NCBI GenBank assembly: GCA_002071685.1
Contig: MWBO01000006.1
Span: forward strand, 1 to 52,528
DNA from: a candidate division WS2 bacterium ADurb.Bin280
GTDB lineage: Bacteria; Patescibacteriota; UBA1384; DTJR01
Direction: 5' to 3'
DNA: 52,528 nucleotides
In this document: positions 39,250 to 47,279 of the stretch, piece after piece
Layout: each line of letters begins with the position of its first letter
Numbering within the stretch: position 1 is the first letter of the stretch
Translations under genes and position numbers: made by a program
Notes under the pieces: generated by a model
Database searches by the model: none
What the model was told of the DNA's origin: nothing
The model's input: the letters and a program-made list of their open reading frames with translations, nothing else

Positions 39250-40464
39250 TCAAGAGAGGAGGTCTTTTTTGAAGCCGTAGCTGGGAGAAGGCGAAAAGTT
39301 TAAACCGACAGTCGAGGCAAAGCAGGTCGTTTTTTTGCCATATTTTGAATTTATTTGTTCGCTGATTATCTCAATCTTACGTTTTGTTTCAAATTTAGGA
39401 CATAGCGAGAGTTGCCCATTGTTCTCTTTTAAAGATGAGCACCAGACACCTATTTTTCTAACCGAATTTTTAAGAACCAGATTTCCCAAAGTTTTTTTTG
39501 CAAAAAAATGTAAATTTGTAGCGAGATCTGTTGGAGCTTTGATTCTTTGGGTCTTGGCGAAGCCGCTGAAGTCTTGAAATCTAAGATATATTCCTATCTG
39601 GCCACAAACAAGACCCTTGTTTTTTAGTTCGCAGGCTATGTCTTGGCAAAAAAATAATGCTACTTTGTCGATTAGATTCTTGTCAAAAGTATTGAAGCTT
39701 AAGGTTTTTGACCTCGATATTGATTTGGGTTTTGTCACTAAGTAGTATGGTTTGACAGGTTCTCTATCGATGCCGCGCGCTATATTAAAAAGTTTCAAGC
39801 CATAGGAATTGAAGATCAACGTGAGAGTTGTCTGGTTGACTCTACGCAAGTCCTTGAAAGACTCAACTCCCATGCGATTTAACCGCTCCTTGATTCTATT
39901 GCCGATCCCGCAGGCTTCGTCGAGTTCAAATTGATCTAAAAATTGTATTTCTTCTCCGGTCTCAACGATAGTCAAACCATCTGGTTTTTTGGCTTCACTC
40001 GCCAGTTTGGCGATGAATTTGTTTGTAGCGATGCCGCAAGAGCACTTGATGTACTTTCCCAATCGCTGGGAAATCTCTTGTTTTATTTCGCCAACCAGAA
40101 TTTTTGCCTCTTCGGAGTTTGACACGCAATCGCTTAAATCAAGAAACGCTTCGTCGATTGAAAATATCTCAACCTGAGGGGTTTTGGAAATAAAAATTTC
40201 TATAAATTCCCTCGAGAGCGCTTCATATTTTTGGCAATCTGCTTTAATCAGGGGTAGCCGAGGACAAATTGCTAGGGCGTCTTTTATTTGTGTGCCTGTT
40301 TTGATTCCGAGTTTTTTCGCCTCAATGGATGCGGCTATGATAATTGATCTTTTTGAGGGACCGACAACGGCCATGGGGCGACCTCTAAGGGCGGGCCGAG
40401 CTTGTTGTTCGACCGATGCGAAATAAGAATTCATGTCGATGTGAGCAATAATGCGATCGTTCAT
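39250..40464 (-). CDS. dinB: DNA polymerase IV (Y-family)
   Basis: IAHIDMNSYFASVEQ, SIDEAFLD and other Y-family motifs. Start taken at MNDRII (40464). Confidence 0.92.
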   Translation of the reverse strand: MNDRIIAHIDMNSYFASVEQQARPALRGRPMAVVGPSKRSIIIAASIEAKKLGIKTGTQIKDALAICPRLPLIKADCQKYEALSREFIEIFISKTPQVEIFSIDEAFLDLSDCVSNSEEAKILVGEIKQEISQRLGKYIKCSCGIATNKFIAKLASEAKKPDGLTIVETGEEIQFLDQFELDEACGIGNRIKERLNRMGVESFKDLRRVNQTTLTLIFNSYGLKLFNIARGIDREPVKPYYLVTKPKSISRSKTLSFNTFDKNLIDKVALFFCQDIACELKNKGLVCGQIGIYLRFQDFSGFAKTQRIKAPTDLATNLHFFAKKTLGNLVLKNSVRKIGVWCSSLKENNGQLSLCPKFETKRKIEIISEQINSKYGKKTTCFASTVGLNFSPSPSYGFKKDLLS

Positions 40465-40469
40465 TTGAA

Positions 40470-40718
40470 TTAAAAAAAAGATTCTTCTAGCACCCATGAT
40501 AATCGTGTGCCGTCGTAGGTAATTTTATAGCTATTTGCGTTTGATGAGACGTGAAAGCTCAATAGTAAAACAGATCCGCTCCTCGTCTTATAAGATAAAT
40601 CTATCGATTCAATCTTGATTAGTCGTCCCTCGTATTTAAAGGCAATGGGGGACAGAGTGCCGGCGCTAAATCTCGCCAAAACTTCAATGTTTTGATTGAT
40701 GGTTTTTTGTTCTGACAT
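40470..40718 (-). CDS. 82-aa hypothetical protein co-transcribed with dinB
   Basis: ATG at 40718 (the track's TTG start is rejected). Its stop lies 5 nt before the dinB start. Confidence 0.55.
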   Translation of the reverse strand: MSEQKTINQNIEVLARFSAGTLSPIAFKYEGRLIKIESIDLSYKTRSGSVLLLSFHVSSNANSYKITYDGTRLSWVLEESFF

Positions 40719-40724
40719 ATTTTT

Positions 40725-40754
40725 ACAATATCGAACAAAAACCGAACATGTCAA
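40725..40754 (-). promoter_or_regulatory. promoter of the small-ORF/dinB operon with a GTTC-N7-GTTC repeat in the spacer
   Basis: Minus strand: TTGACA (40754-40749), 18 nt containing GTTCGgtttttGTTCGa (40747-40733), TATTGT (40730-40725), 6 nt, then ATG. This predicts a leaderless mRNA. Confidence 0.45.
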
Positions 40755-40928
40755 TATGTTGAAAAATGACTAGCGTCCCCGCGGTGGTGATCCGTGGGGG
40801 CGCGATGAAGCGGAGAATTAGAACTCGAGCTGGAGGTTTTGTGGAAAGACGGGGTGTCCGTCGAGGATTTCTAGGGGAAGATGGAGTGTAGTGTTGACAA
40901 GCAGTGTGATCATTTAATGTTTTTGCTC

Positions 40929-41411
40929 TCAATCTCTCTCCTGCGACCCTGCTTTTATGTATGCGGGTGCTCCTCCGTATCTGCGTTTTGCGAGTGGTTC
41001 CAGGAAGCGGTCCGAGAGGTTGTCGTCAATCTTCCGGCAGTAGCTAAGGGTGTATTCATCCGTGAACACGTTGCTGGGGTTTTTGAACCACCGAGGTGAG
41101 AGCTCGAGGGCGATGTCTAGGATGAACACTAGGGCGAGATTGGGAAACTCTTTACACTGGGCGATAGTTCCCCATGCTTGGCAGTTGAGGGGGCGGTCGC
41201 TTGCTAGCGTTTTCGGGGTCATTACATCAGGTAGGCGTGCCACTTCATAGGCCGCAATCGTGGCCTTGGTACCGAACTGCTCATGATACTCGATCACCTT
41301 GAGACGAAGCTCGGCTTCTTTATCTTTTTCAAAACGAAACAATCTATTTATTTTTTGCATAGCATTATTACTATGCAATTTGGTTTGATACCACAAGTGT
41401 TTTATCTGCAC
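40929..41411 (-). CDS. 160-aa hypothetical protein in GC-rich micro-island B
   Basis: GTG start with AGGAGG 5 nt upstream. The N-terminus (LKVIEYHEQFGTKATIAAYEVAR) could be a helix-turn-helix. No family recognised. Confidence 0.5.
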   Translation of the reverse strand: MQIKHLWYQTKLHSNNAMQKINRLFRFEKDKEAELRLKVIEYHEQFGTKATIAAYEVARLPDVMTPKTLASDRPLNCQAWGTIAQCKEFPNLALVFILDIALELSPRWFKNPSNVFTDEYTLSYCRKIDDNLSDRFLEPLAKRRYGGAPAYIKAGSQERD

Positions 41412-41524
41412 AATTTCCTCCTGGCACTCTACCGCGGGAGTCTCATATGCTTCGGAACTTATTCAATTATTTATGAAAATTAACGACTGCGGGGTGTGTT
41501 GCAAAAAAACCAGGCTTAGTAAGT

Positions 41525-41553
41525 TTGACAGATAGGCCAATTTATGCTTTAAT
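41525..41553 (+). promoter_or_regulatory. promoter of the Flp-like gene
   Basis: TTGACA-17 nt-TTTAAT. Confidence 0.45.
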
Positions 41554-41599
41554 CATTTGCTTGCAGTTGTTCACATAAAACTGGAGGGGAGGTGAAACT

Positions 41600-41722
41600 G
41601 TGAAGCTTTTAGCGTCGTTTTGGAGTGACCAGGACGGGCTGACCGCTGTCGAGTACGCCCTGATGGCCGTCCTGGTCGTTGTTGTTGCCATCACGTTTTA
41701 CGGCTCGAGAGAGCCGAAGTGA
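41600..41722 (+). CDS. flp: Flp/Fap-family type IVb prepilin (short, 40 aa; not in the ORF track)
   Basis: GTG start after GGAGGGGAGGTG. VKLLASFWSDQDG|LTAVEYALMAVLVVVVAI matches the G/xTA(I/V)EY(A/G)L processing motif. Confidence 0.6.
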   Translation: MKLLASFWSDQDGLTAVEYALMAVLVVVVAITFYGSREPK

Positions 41723-41748
41723 TGGCGGCAGTCGTATTGGTGGCCTGG

Positions 41749-41796
41749 GGGTCGGGGTTCGTGGTTCAAGCCCACGTGCTCTGACCCTTTTTTTTT
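41749..41796 (+). terminator. compound hairpin plus T9
   Basis: GGGTC...GACCC enclosing CGTGG-ttcaagc-CCACG, then nine T. Confidence 0.6.
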
Positions 41797-42652
41797 AAAA
41801 AAGTTTACCCGAGGAGAACTTATCGCTTTTGGTGGGGGTTTGAGAAGTGTTGTCGCTTGAGGTAATTTGATCTGCAATCATCACGCTTTGCTCTTGTCTT
41901 TTTCCTTCAAAATTTTCTGCTACTTTTCTGTATTTGCAATAATCGCAATCTTCGCTTGCCTCTGGAATTGTGTCGCTGTCGAGGCATTGTTTGGCTTTGT
42001 TGATTGTGGGCTCTATCCAATCGCATTTTCCTTTGTGCTCGATCAGCTTAATCTTGAAATCAAGCTTACCATCAAATGCCTCCTTGTCTTTGTCGCCGTT
42101 ACAATAAACAAAGTACCCGCTTTCTAAAACATCAAATCCATTCTTGCGAAAAAGCCACTGATAAATCTCCATCTGGCGCTTATAGCCGTCTTGCCAAGGA
42201 GCGTCAAGAGTGACTTCGCCTTCTTTTGCAGTGGATTTGTAATCGACTACTATTAATTGATTTTTGTCATTGATCCAAATGTCGTCTATTGCGCCACTAA
42301 TGATTAAATTAGCTTTTTCGTAAAAATACTTGATCCCTTCAAAATTTTCGCGCCATGTATTGAGATCTTTGTGAGCGAACGGGATGGCATTTATTTTATA
42401 GGACTCCATCAGAGGGTGGGACTCGCCATTTGCTCTGTGAATATCGAACTCTTTTTTCAAAAGGTGATCTACTGCCGAATTAAGTGAAAAGGGGAAACCG
42501 GGCGGCCTGCCGATTCCAAGCCGCTTGTCCAGATAAAAGCATCGCGGGCATTCCACGAAGAGGTCTATTCCGGATCTCGAGAGCCTAAAAGGCTCTTTGG
42601 ATTTTGGGTCATAGAGATACTTCTTCAACCTTGGAGGGTTGTAAAATGCCAT
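41795..42652 (-). CDS. PD-(D/E)XK nuclease with a Cas4/AddB-like four-Cys arrangement
   Basis: CPRCFY near the N-terminus, GAIDDIW...VVDYKS core, and CDYCKY near the C-terminus. Confidence 0.7.
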   Translation of the reverse strand: MAFYNPPRLKKYLYDPKSKEPFRLSRSGIDLFVECPRCFYLDKRLGIGRPPGFPFSLNSAVDHLLKKEFDIHRANGESHPLMESYKINAIPFAHKDLNTWRENFEGIKYFYEKANLIISGAIDDIWINDKNQLIVVDYKSTAKEGEVTLDAPWQDGYKRQMEIYQWLFRKNGFDVLESGYFVYCNGDKDKEAFDGKLDFKIKLIEHKGKCDWIEPTINKAKQCLDSDTIPEASEDCDYCKYRKVAENFEGKRQEQSVMIADQITSSDNTSQTPTKSDKFSSGKLF

Positions 42653-42678
42653 AAATCGGACGAGTTTTTATCTTTATC

Positions 42679-42948
42679 TTATTCTTCTCTTGGTTGCTTG
42701 GGTCTTGCAATAGACACAACAATCTTTCTGCCTTCGACCTCTTGGTCGTTGTACATTTCGATCGCTGCTTTTGCCTCTTCAGGAGTTGCCATTTCGACAA
42801 ACCCGAAGCCCTTGCTTCTACCGGTTTCTTTTTGCGTGATAACTACAGCTGATTCGACTTTTCCAGCTTTGGAGAAAATCTCTTCGAGTGCGCGGTCATC
42901 AACACTATAGGGAAGATTGCCAATAAACAATCTTTTTTCGTTTTCCAT
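42679..42948 (-). CDS. RRM-type RNA-binding protein
   Basis: RNP2 LFIGNL and RNP1 KGFGFVEM. Confidence 0.9.
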   Translation of the reverse strand: MENEKRLFIGNLPYSVDDRALEEIFSKAGKVESAVVITQKETGRSKGFGFVEMATPEEAKAAIEMYNDQEVEGRKIVVSIARPKQPREE

Positions 42949-43114
42949 TTTTCTTGCTAACCTTACTTACTTTAAGTTATAGTGCTCGACCACTCACTCT
43001 AACGGGTTAAATTATAGCACAAAATGAGAAATTTTGCAATAGTCTGAAGGGAAAATCACTTTTTGTGTTTCTGGGTTTGATTTTTTGACGAAAAAACAAT
43101 ATGATTGATCGTGC

Positions 43115-44032
43115 ATGAAAAGAGTTATTGAAGTAAAAAATCTGGTAAAAAAATACTCCAAAACAACCGCCGTTGACAGTATTTCTTTTGAAGTTTTTCA
43201 GGGTGAAGTTTTTGGATTGTTAGGAGAAAACGGAGCAGGAAAATCGACAACTCTTGAAATAATCGAAGGGTTGAGACGACCGACCTCGGGAGAGGTGAAA
43301 GTCTTGGGGTTTGATGCCCAATCGCAGAAAAAACAGATAAAAAAGAAAATTGGCGTTCAACTGCAATCCTCGGCTTACTATAACTTTCTAACTCTTAAAG
43401 AAATTTTAAATTTGTTCTGTACTTTTTATGAAAGCAAAACCGAGCCCATGGATCTTTTGCGGATGGTCAATCTAGAGGAAAAGGCAAACGCTTATGTAAA
43501 TTCTCTCAGCGGTGGTCAAAAACAAAGGTTTTCCATAGTCGCTAGCTTGGTAAATAATCCGGAAATTGTTTTTCTCGACGAGCCGACGACCGGACTTGAT
43601 CCTCTTGCCAGGCGAAATCTCTGGAATTTAATATCTCAAATTAAAGCCGAAGGCAAGACGGTTGTTCTAACAACGCACTACATGGAGGAGGCCGAGGCGC
43701 TTTGCGACAGGATTGCCATTATGGAAAAGGGAAAGATTCTAGCCATGGATGAAACTCACAAGTTGATAGAAATGTCGGAAAATCCTTTTTCAATCAGCTT
43801 TGTGCTTGGTTCAAAAATAGACAAAGACGCTTTTTCCAAAGTAGTATCTTGCGGGGAAATTGAAAATATTTTCGGAAAAAAGAATCATTTTATTTTAAGG
43901 ATCAAGGACAGAGCTTGCCTGAACAAAGCCCTTCCGCTTGTCATGAAACTTAATCCCGACAGTATTCAGGTCGGCCAAGCAACTCTGGAGGATTTGTTTA
44001 TAGATTTAACAGGAAAAGTAATAGGAGAATAA
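43115..44032 (+). CDS. ABC transporter ATP-binding protein (ABC-2/DrrA-like)
   Basis: GENGAGKST, LSGGQKQR and FLDEPT motifs. Confidence 0.93.
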   Translation: MKRVIEVKNLVKKYSKTTAVDSISFEVFQGEVFGLLGENGAGKSTTLEIIEGLRRPTSGEVKVLGFDAQSQKKQIKKKIGVQLQSSAYYNFLTLKEILNLFCTFYESKTEPMDLLRMVNLEEKANAYVNSLSGGQKQRFSIVASLVNNPEIVFLDEPTTGLDPLARRNLWNLISQIKAEGKTVVLTTHYMEEAEALCDRIAIMEKGKILAMDETHKLIEMSENPFSISFVLGSKIDKDAFSKVVSCGEIENIFGKKNHFILRIKDRACLNKALPLVMKLNPDSIQVGQATLEDLFIDLTGKVIGE

Positions 44033-44033
44033 G

Positions 44034-45173
44034 GTGTTTTTAAAACTCTTTGTAGCCGATATCAAGATGATGTTTCGAAACAAGCAAGCGCTTTTTTGGG
44101 CTTTTATGTTTCCGGTTCTCTTCTCTTTTATTTTTGGATTTTTCTTCGGCAAAGAGGCAAAGAGCGGAACCATTGCGATAGTAAATAATTCTAAGACGCA
44201 AATTAGTGAAAGCTATGTCACAGCTCTGGAGGATGCAAACATATACACGGTCAAGAAAGACATTTCTCTCGAAGAAGCGAGCGAACAGATCGAGAGCGGA
44301 AAGATTGTGGCGGCAGTTGAAATTCCCGAATCATTCGGAGAATTGCCGAATTTGTCTGAACGGATGGTGATGATGCAGGGCGCTCCTTCCGATAGTAACA
44401 ACATCGAAATTCCCAAACAAACGCTAAAAATTTTCCTGGATCCGGCCAATGCTCAGGCTAATGCTCCGTTGATCGGCTTTACGGATAAATTTTTAAGTCA
44501 AGTAAATTTAACTGCGCAGAACGCTAGCGAGATTTTCACATACGAACAAGAAAAGACTAATAATAAAGACTTAACTTACTACGATTTTGTTCTGTCGGGT
44601 ATCTTGGGCCTTTCGGTAATGAACTCTTCAATAACTGGCATTGCAATTGCTATGAGCAAGTATCGCGAAGATAAAATTTTAAAAAGAATCACTACAACTC
44701 CTGTTCCTACTTGGGCTTTTATTTTGGCGGAAGTTTTGTCGCGTTTAATTTTAAATGTATTACAAATATCTGTGGTTCTCTCTATCGGCATTTATTTTTT
44801 TGATGCCAATATTTATGGCAGTATTTTTGCTTTAGTGATGGCGACGATGCTTGGAGCTTTACTTTTTCAACTAATAGGATTTGCGATTGCAGCTCTTTCA
44901 AAAACTACTGACGCCGCTCAAGGTATGGGCACGGCGATTACTATTCCAATGATGTTTTTGGGGGGTGTGTTTTTCCCAATAGACTCTTTGCCCAAATGGC
45001 TTTATGCGGTTGTTCAATATTTTCCGTTATCACCATTGCTTAAAATTTTAAGAAATATTTCTTCAGAAGGCGCTTCGCTTTTTGCTGATAGCAAGAGTCT
45101 TTATATAGTATGTGCTTGGGCAATTGGTGTGCTTATTTTTTCGATATGGCGCTTTAGACTCTCCGACGAGTAA
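44034..45173 (+). CDS. ABC-2 type transporter permease
   Basis: GTG start 1 nt after the ATPase stop. N-terminal TM, large loop, then 5 C-terminal TM segments. Confidence 0.85.
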   Translation: MFLKLFVADIKMMFRNKQALFWAFMFPVLFSFIFGFFFGKEAKSGTIAIVNNSKTQISESYVTALEDANIYTVKKDISLEEASEQIESGKIVAAVEIPESFGELPNLSERMVMMQGAPSDSNNIEIPKQTLKIFLDPANAQANAPLIGFTDKFLSQVNLTAQNASEIFTYEQEKTNNKDLTYYDFVLSGILGLSVMNSSITGIAIAMSKYREDKILKRITTTPVPTWAFILAEVLSRLILNVLQISVVLSIGIYFFDANIYGSIFALVMATMLGALLFQLIGFAIAALSKTTDAAQGMGTAITIPMMFLGGVFFPIDSLPKWLYAVVQYFPLSPLLKILRNISSEGASLFADSKSLYIVCAWAIGVLIFSIWRFRLSDE

Positions 45174-45248
45174 TTGCGCTTGAATAAAAGATTAAAAAGT
45201 AATAAAATCTTCCCAAGACGGCGATCTCAAATCTTGGAGGTGTTTTCC

Positions 45249-45788
45249 TTGACAGATACGCTGGTGATTGGCGTCTGTGAGCCCAAGTCTTCAATTCCGA
45301 CTCTTCTTGAAGAGGTGGGGGAAGGGGCTTACATTCGTCCGGTGGAGTTTAGGGTCGTACGGCCCAACGAAGGTCCGAAGGCCGCCGAGTTGATTGGCTC
45401 GTTGCGCCCAAGGAAGACGGTGGTCGTTGTGGGGGCTACGGCGAGAGCGACGTTTATTGTGCCAAGTGCCGCCGTAATGGGCGAAGATCGTCAGCAGTGG
45501 CTTGACGGTGGCATATACAAGTTTGAGAGCCACCGATCTATCGAGCTTCCTGGGTGTGGCAAAACGGCCGATCTTCTTGCGCGACTAGCCGATGGCCAAT
45601 GGGAGTATTGCCGGTATACCCAGTGCGGCACCATAATTCTCGAGGGGAACGCCGTCATCGGCGCATGTCTAGAGACGCGTACAAGGGTGATTGCCTTGCT
45701 GGTTCCCGAGCAAGAAATCGACGGTTGCTTCGATGAGGGCTTCTCGAAGGTGGCTGTCGATGTCGTCTGCGGGCTGATTCTCCAGTAG
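45249..45788 (+). CDS. 179-aa hypothetical protein in GC-rich micro-island C
   Basis: TTG start 6 nt after GGAGGTG. The track's ATG at 45174 adds an AT-rich basic leader. Composition looks coding. No family recognised. Confidence 0.5.
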   Translation: MTDTLVIGVCEPKSSIPTLLEEVGEGAYIRPVEFRVVRPNEGPKAAELIGSLRPRKTVVVVGATARATFIVPSAAVMGEDRQQWLDGGIYKFESHRSIELPGCGKTADLLARLADGQWEYCRYTQCGTIILEGNAVIGACLETRTRVIALLVPEQEIDGCFDEGFSKVAVDVVCGLILQ

Positions 45789-45801
45789 CTGGCAAAGCGT
45801 A

Positions 45802-47240
45802 TCAAGGGGCCCGCCCAAGGCGGGCCCTTTGCCCTTTTAAGATTACTTTTATCAATTTCGTGACAGTTTGTGTATTTTCAGATCTTTTTAAAGTGAATGG
45901 GTCGGTTTTGGTGTCTGCTTGTCTATACTTCGTACTTGAACCGGATTTATAAGGTGAGTGTATTCTCGCATTTATTTGCGCTTCGCTTGGAAGATTGTAA
46001 TGGGAGATTTCATATTGATCGGTGGTGAGACAAAGCTTCTTGTTTAAATACTCAAAAAGTATTTTCGCCTGCGCTATCGGTTGATTTTTCCCATCAATAA
46101 TTTTTGTTTTGAGATCGATTTCGTCTATTTGAAGTTGAATAAACTTCTTGATTTCTCTTGATGATTTCAGCTTGACGGATTCGCCTCCATAAACATATGG
46201 ATCTTGAAATTTCTTTAGCTTATTTTTGCCATCATAGACGGCGGAAATTTTATAAAGACCGGGTGGAATGGAATTTGATTTTGCATGCCCCTATGAATCG
46301 GTTGTGAGGGCTTTGTTTCCCAGCATGATGACGGCATCTGATACAGCAAGATTATTTTGGTCAATTACTTTGATGTCAACGGAGGCGGTATCTTTGAATT
46401 TTCCCAGCTTTTTCAAAATCGAATCGTACCATTTATTATAAGCATCAAGGGTTTTTTGGTAATTTTTGGATACAGCGTTTTCGATGGTGCTGGCGCCAAT
46501 TTTGAGTCTGATCGCCGCTTTTTCATTTAGTGGGGCGTTTTCATAGTTACTCTTAATAAAGAGACCCTTTTCAATTTCCTCTTTGGTAAATAGAAGCAAA
46601 CCAAAATTTTCTACCACGTCAATTTATTCTAGTCGATCGCGATAAATACCAAAATCCGCAATGTTTTTGAGATTGCTTTCAGAGGAAGAGGCGAATTTTG
46701 CTTTTGTAAGGTATGTATTTAGCCCGACTTCTTGTTCTTGGCTTTGTTTGATGGGAGCAATGTCAGGAAAGTTCGTCTGAAGCATCGCTTGCATAAATTT
46801 AAGCAAAGTAATGCAAGCAGGATGGTCTTTGGGCGGACCTTCATCGCTTATTGCCGACTTGAAATCATCATTTTCAGGATAACACCAGCTGGCAAATACC
46901 GCCCACATTTCCATTCGGTTGGTCTTTTCATTTGTTGTCGCGGGATAGCAAAAGCTAAAATATCTTGAATCGCCGAATCCTTTTTTTCATGGCATTTAGA
47001 CGACTTCATTAGTTCGATGGCTGTATCAAGATTTGTATTGAAATAATTCGTATTAATTTTATCTGTAGAAATATTGGTACAAAAATCAATGATGTGAAAG
47101 GCTTCGTGGGCGACTGTTCTCGTCGGCGCATTTGCGATTGCCATTCTCAATATAATCCCCGTCCTCGGGCCGCTTGTTGTATTTGTTTTCATGCTTTCAG
47201 CGCTTGGTACTCTGGTAATATCAGTGGATAAATTTCTCAA
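45802..47240 (-). pseudogene. decayed gene: HExxH metalloprotease-like N-part and CarboxypepD_reg-like C-part
   Basis: HEAFH motif. Frameshift at the T7 run 46981-46987. In-frame TAA at 46624-46626. In-frame TAG at 46291-46293 inside ...ALTTDS*GHAKSNSIPPGLYKISAVYDG..., followed by 163 open codons with no start codon. Confidence 0.65.
45807..45838 (+). terminator. GC hairpin terminator
   Basis: GGGCCCGCC-caa-GGCGGGCCC, then TTTGCCCTTTT. The stem is nearly the same as at 38966-38986. Confidence 0.65.
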
Positions 47241-47279
47241 AGCTCAAAGATAGAGAGCGTAAAAGCTTTTGAACTTTTT

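Noticed and set aside
40723-41250. ORFs 40723-40932(-), 40881-41099(+) and 41050-41250(+) in island B. The same applies to 45291-45533(-), 45491-45805(-) and 45554-45736(+) in island C.
   Set aside because: High GC content produces long stop-free frames. They overlap better-supported ORFs that have RBSs, and their composition is Arg/Pro/Ser-heavy.
41749-41790. A tRNA 3' fragment as an integration att site (CGTGG-TTCAAGC-CCACG looks like a T arm).
   Set aside because: No matching acceptor 5' strand, D arm or anticodon arm could be folded. Base 1 would be C, and the 3' end is CCC rather than CCA. It is better explained as a compound terminator before T9.
38940-45840. The GC-rich patches as metagenome assembly chimeras.
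   Set aside because: This cannot be excluded without reads. However, there are three separate short patches. Each is embedded between intact, tightly spaced AT-rich genes with sensible junctions, including a promoter overlapping the dinB stop and a hairpin terminating a neighbouring frame. That argues against simple mis-joins. The point is kept as a caveat in the corresponding finding.
45195-45860. Short inverted repeats flanking island C: AAAAGTAATAAAATCTT on the left and AAGATTACTTTT on the right.
   Set aside because: They are about 12 nt, imperfect and pure A/T-rich. A chance match is likely in this composition.
46291-46293. TAG decoded as pyrrolysine or another programmed recoding event.
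   Set aside because: This is a single case. The same gene also carries an in-frame TAA and a frameshift, and nothing pyl-like is visible. Pseudogenisation is the simpler explanation.
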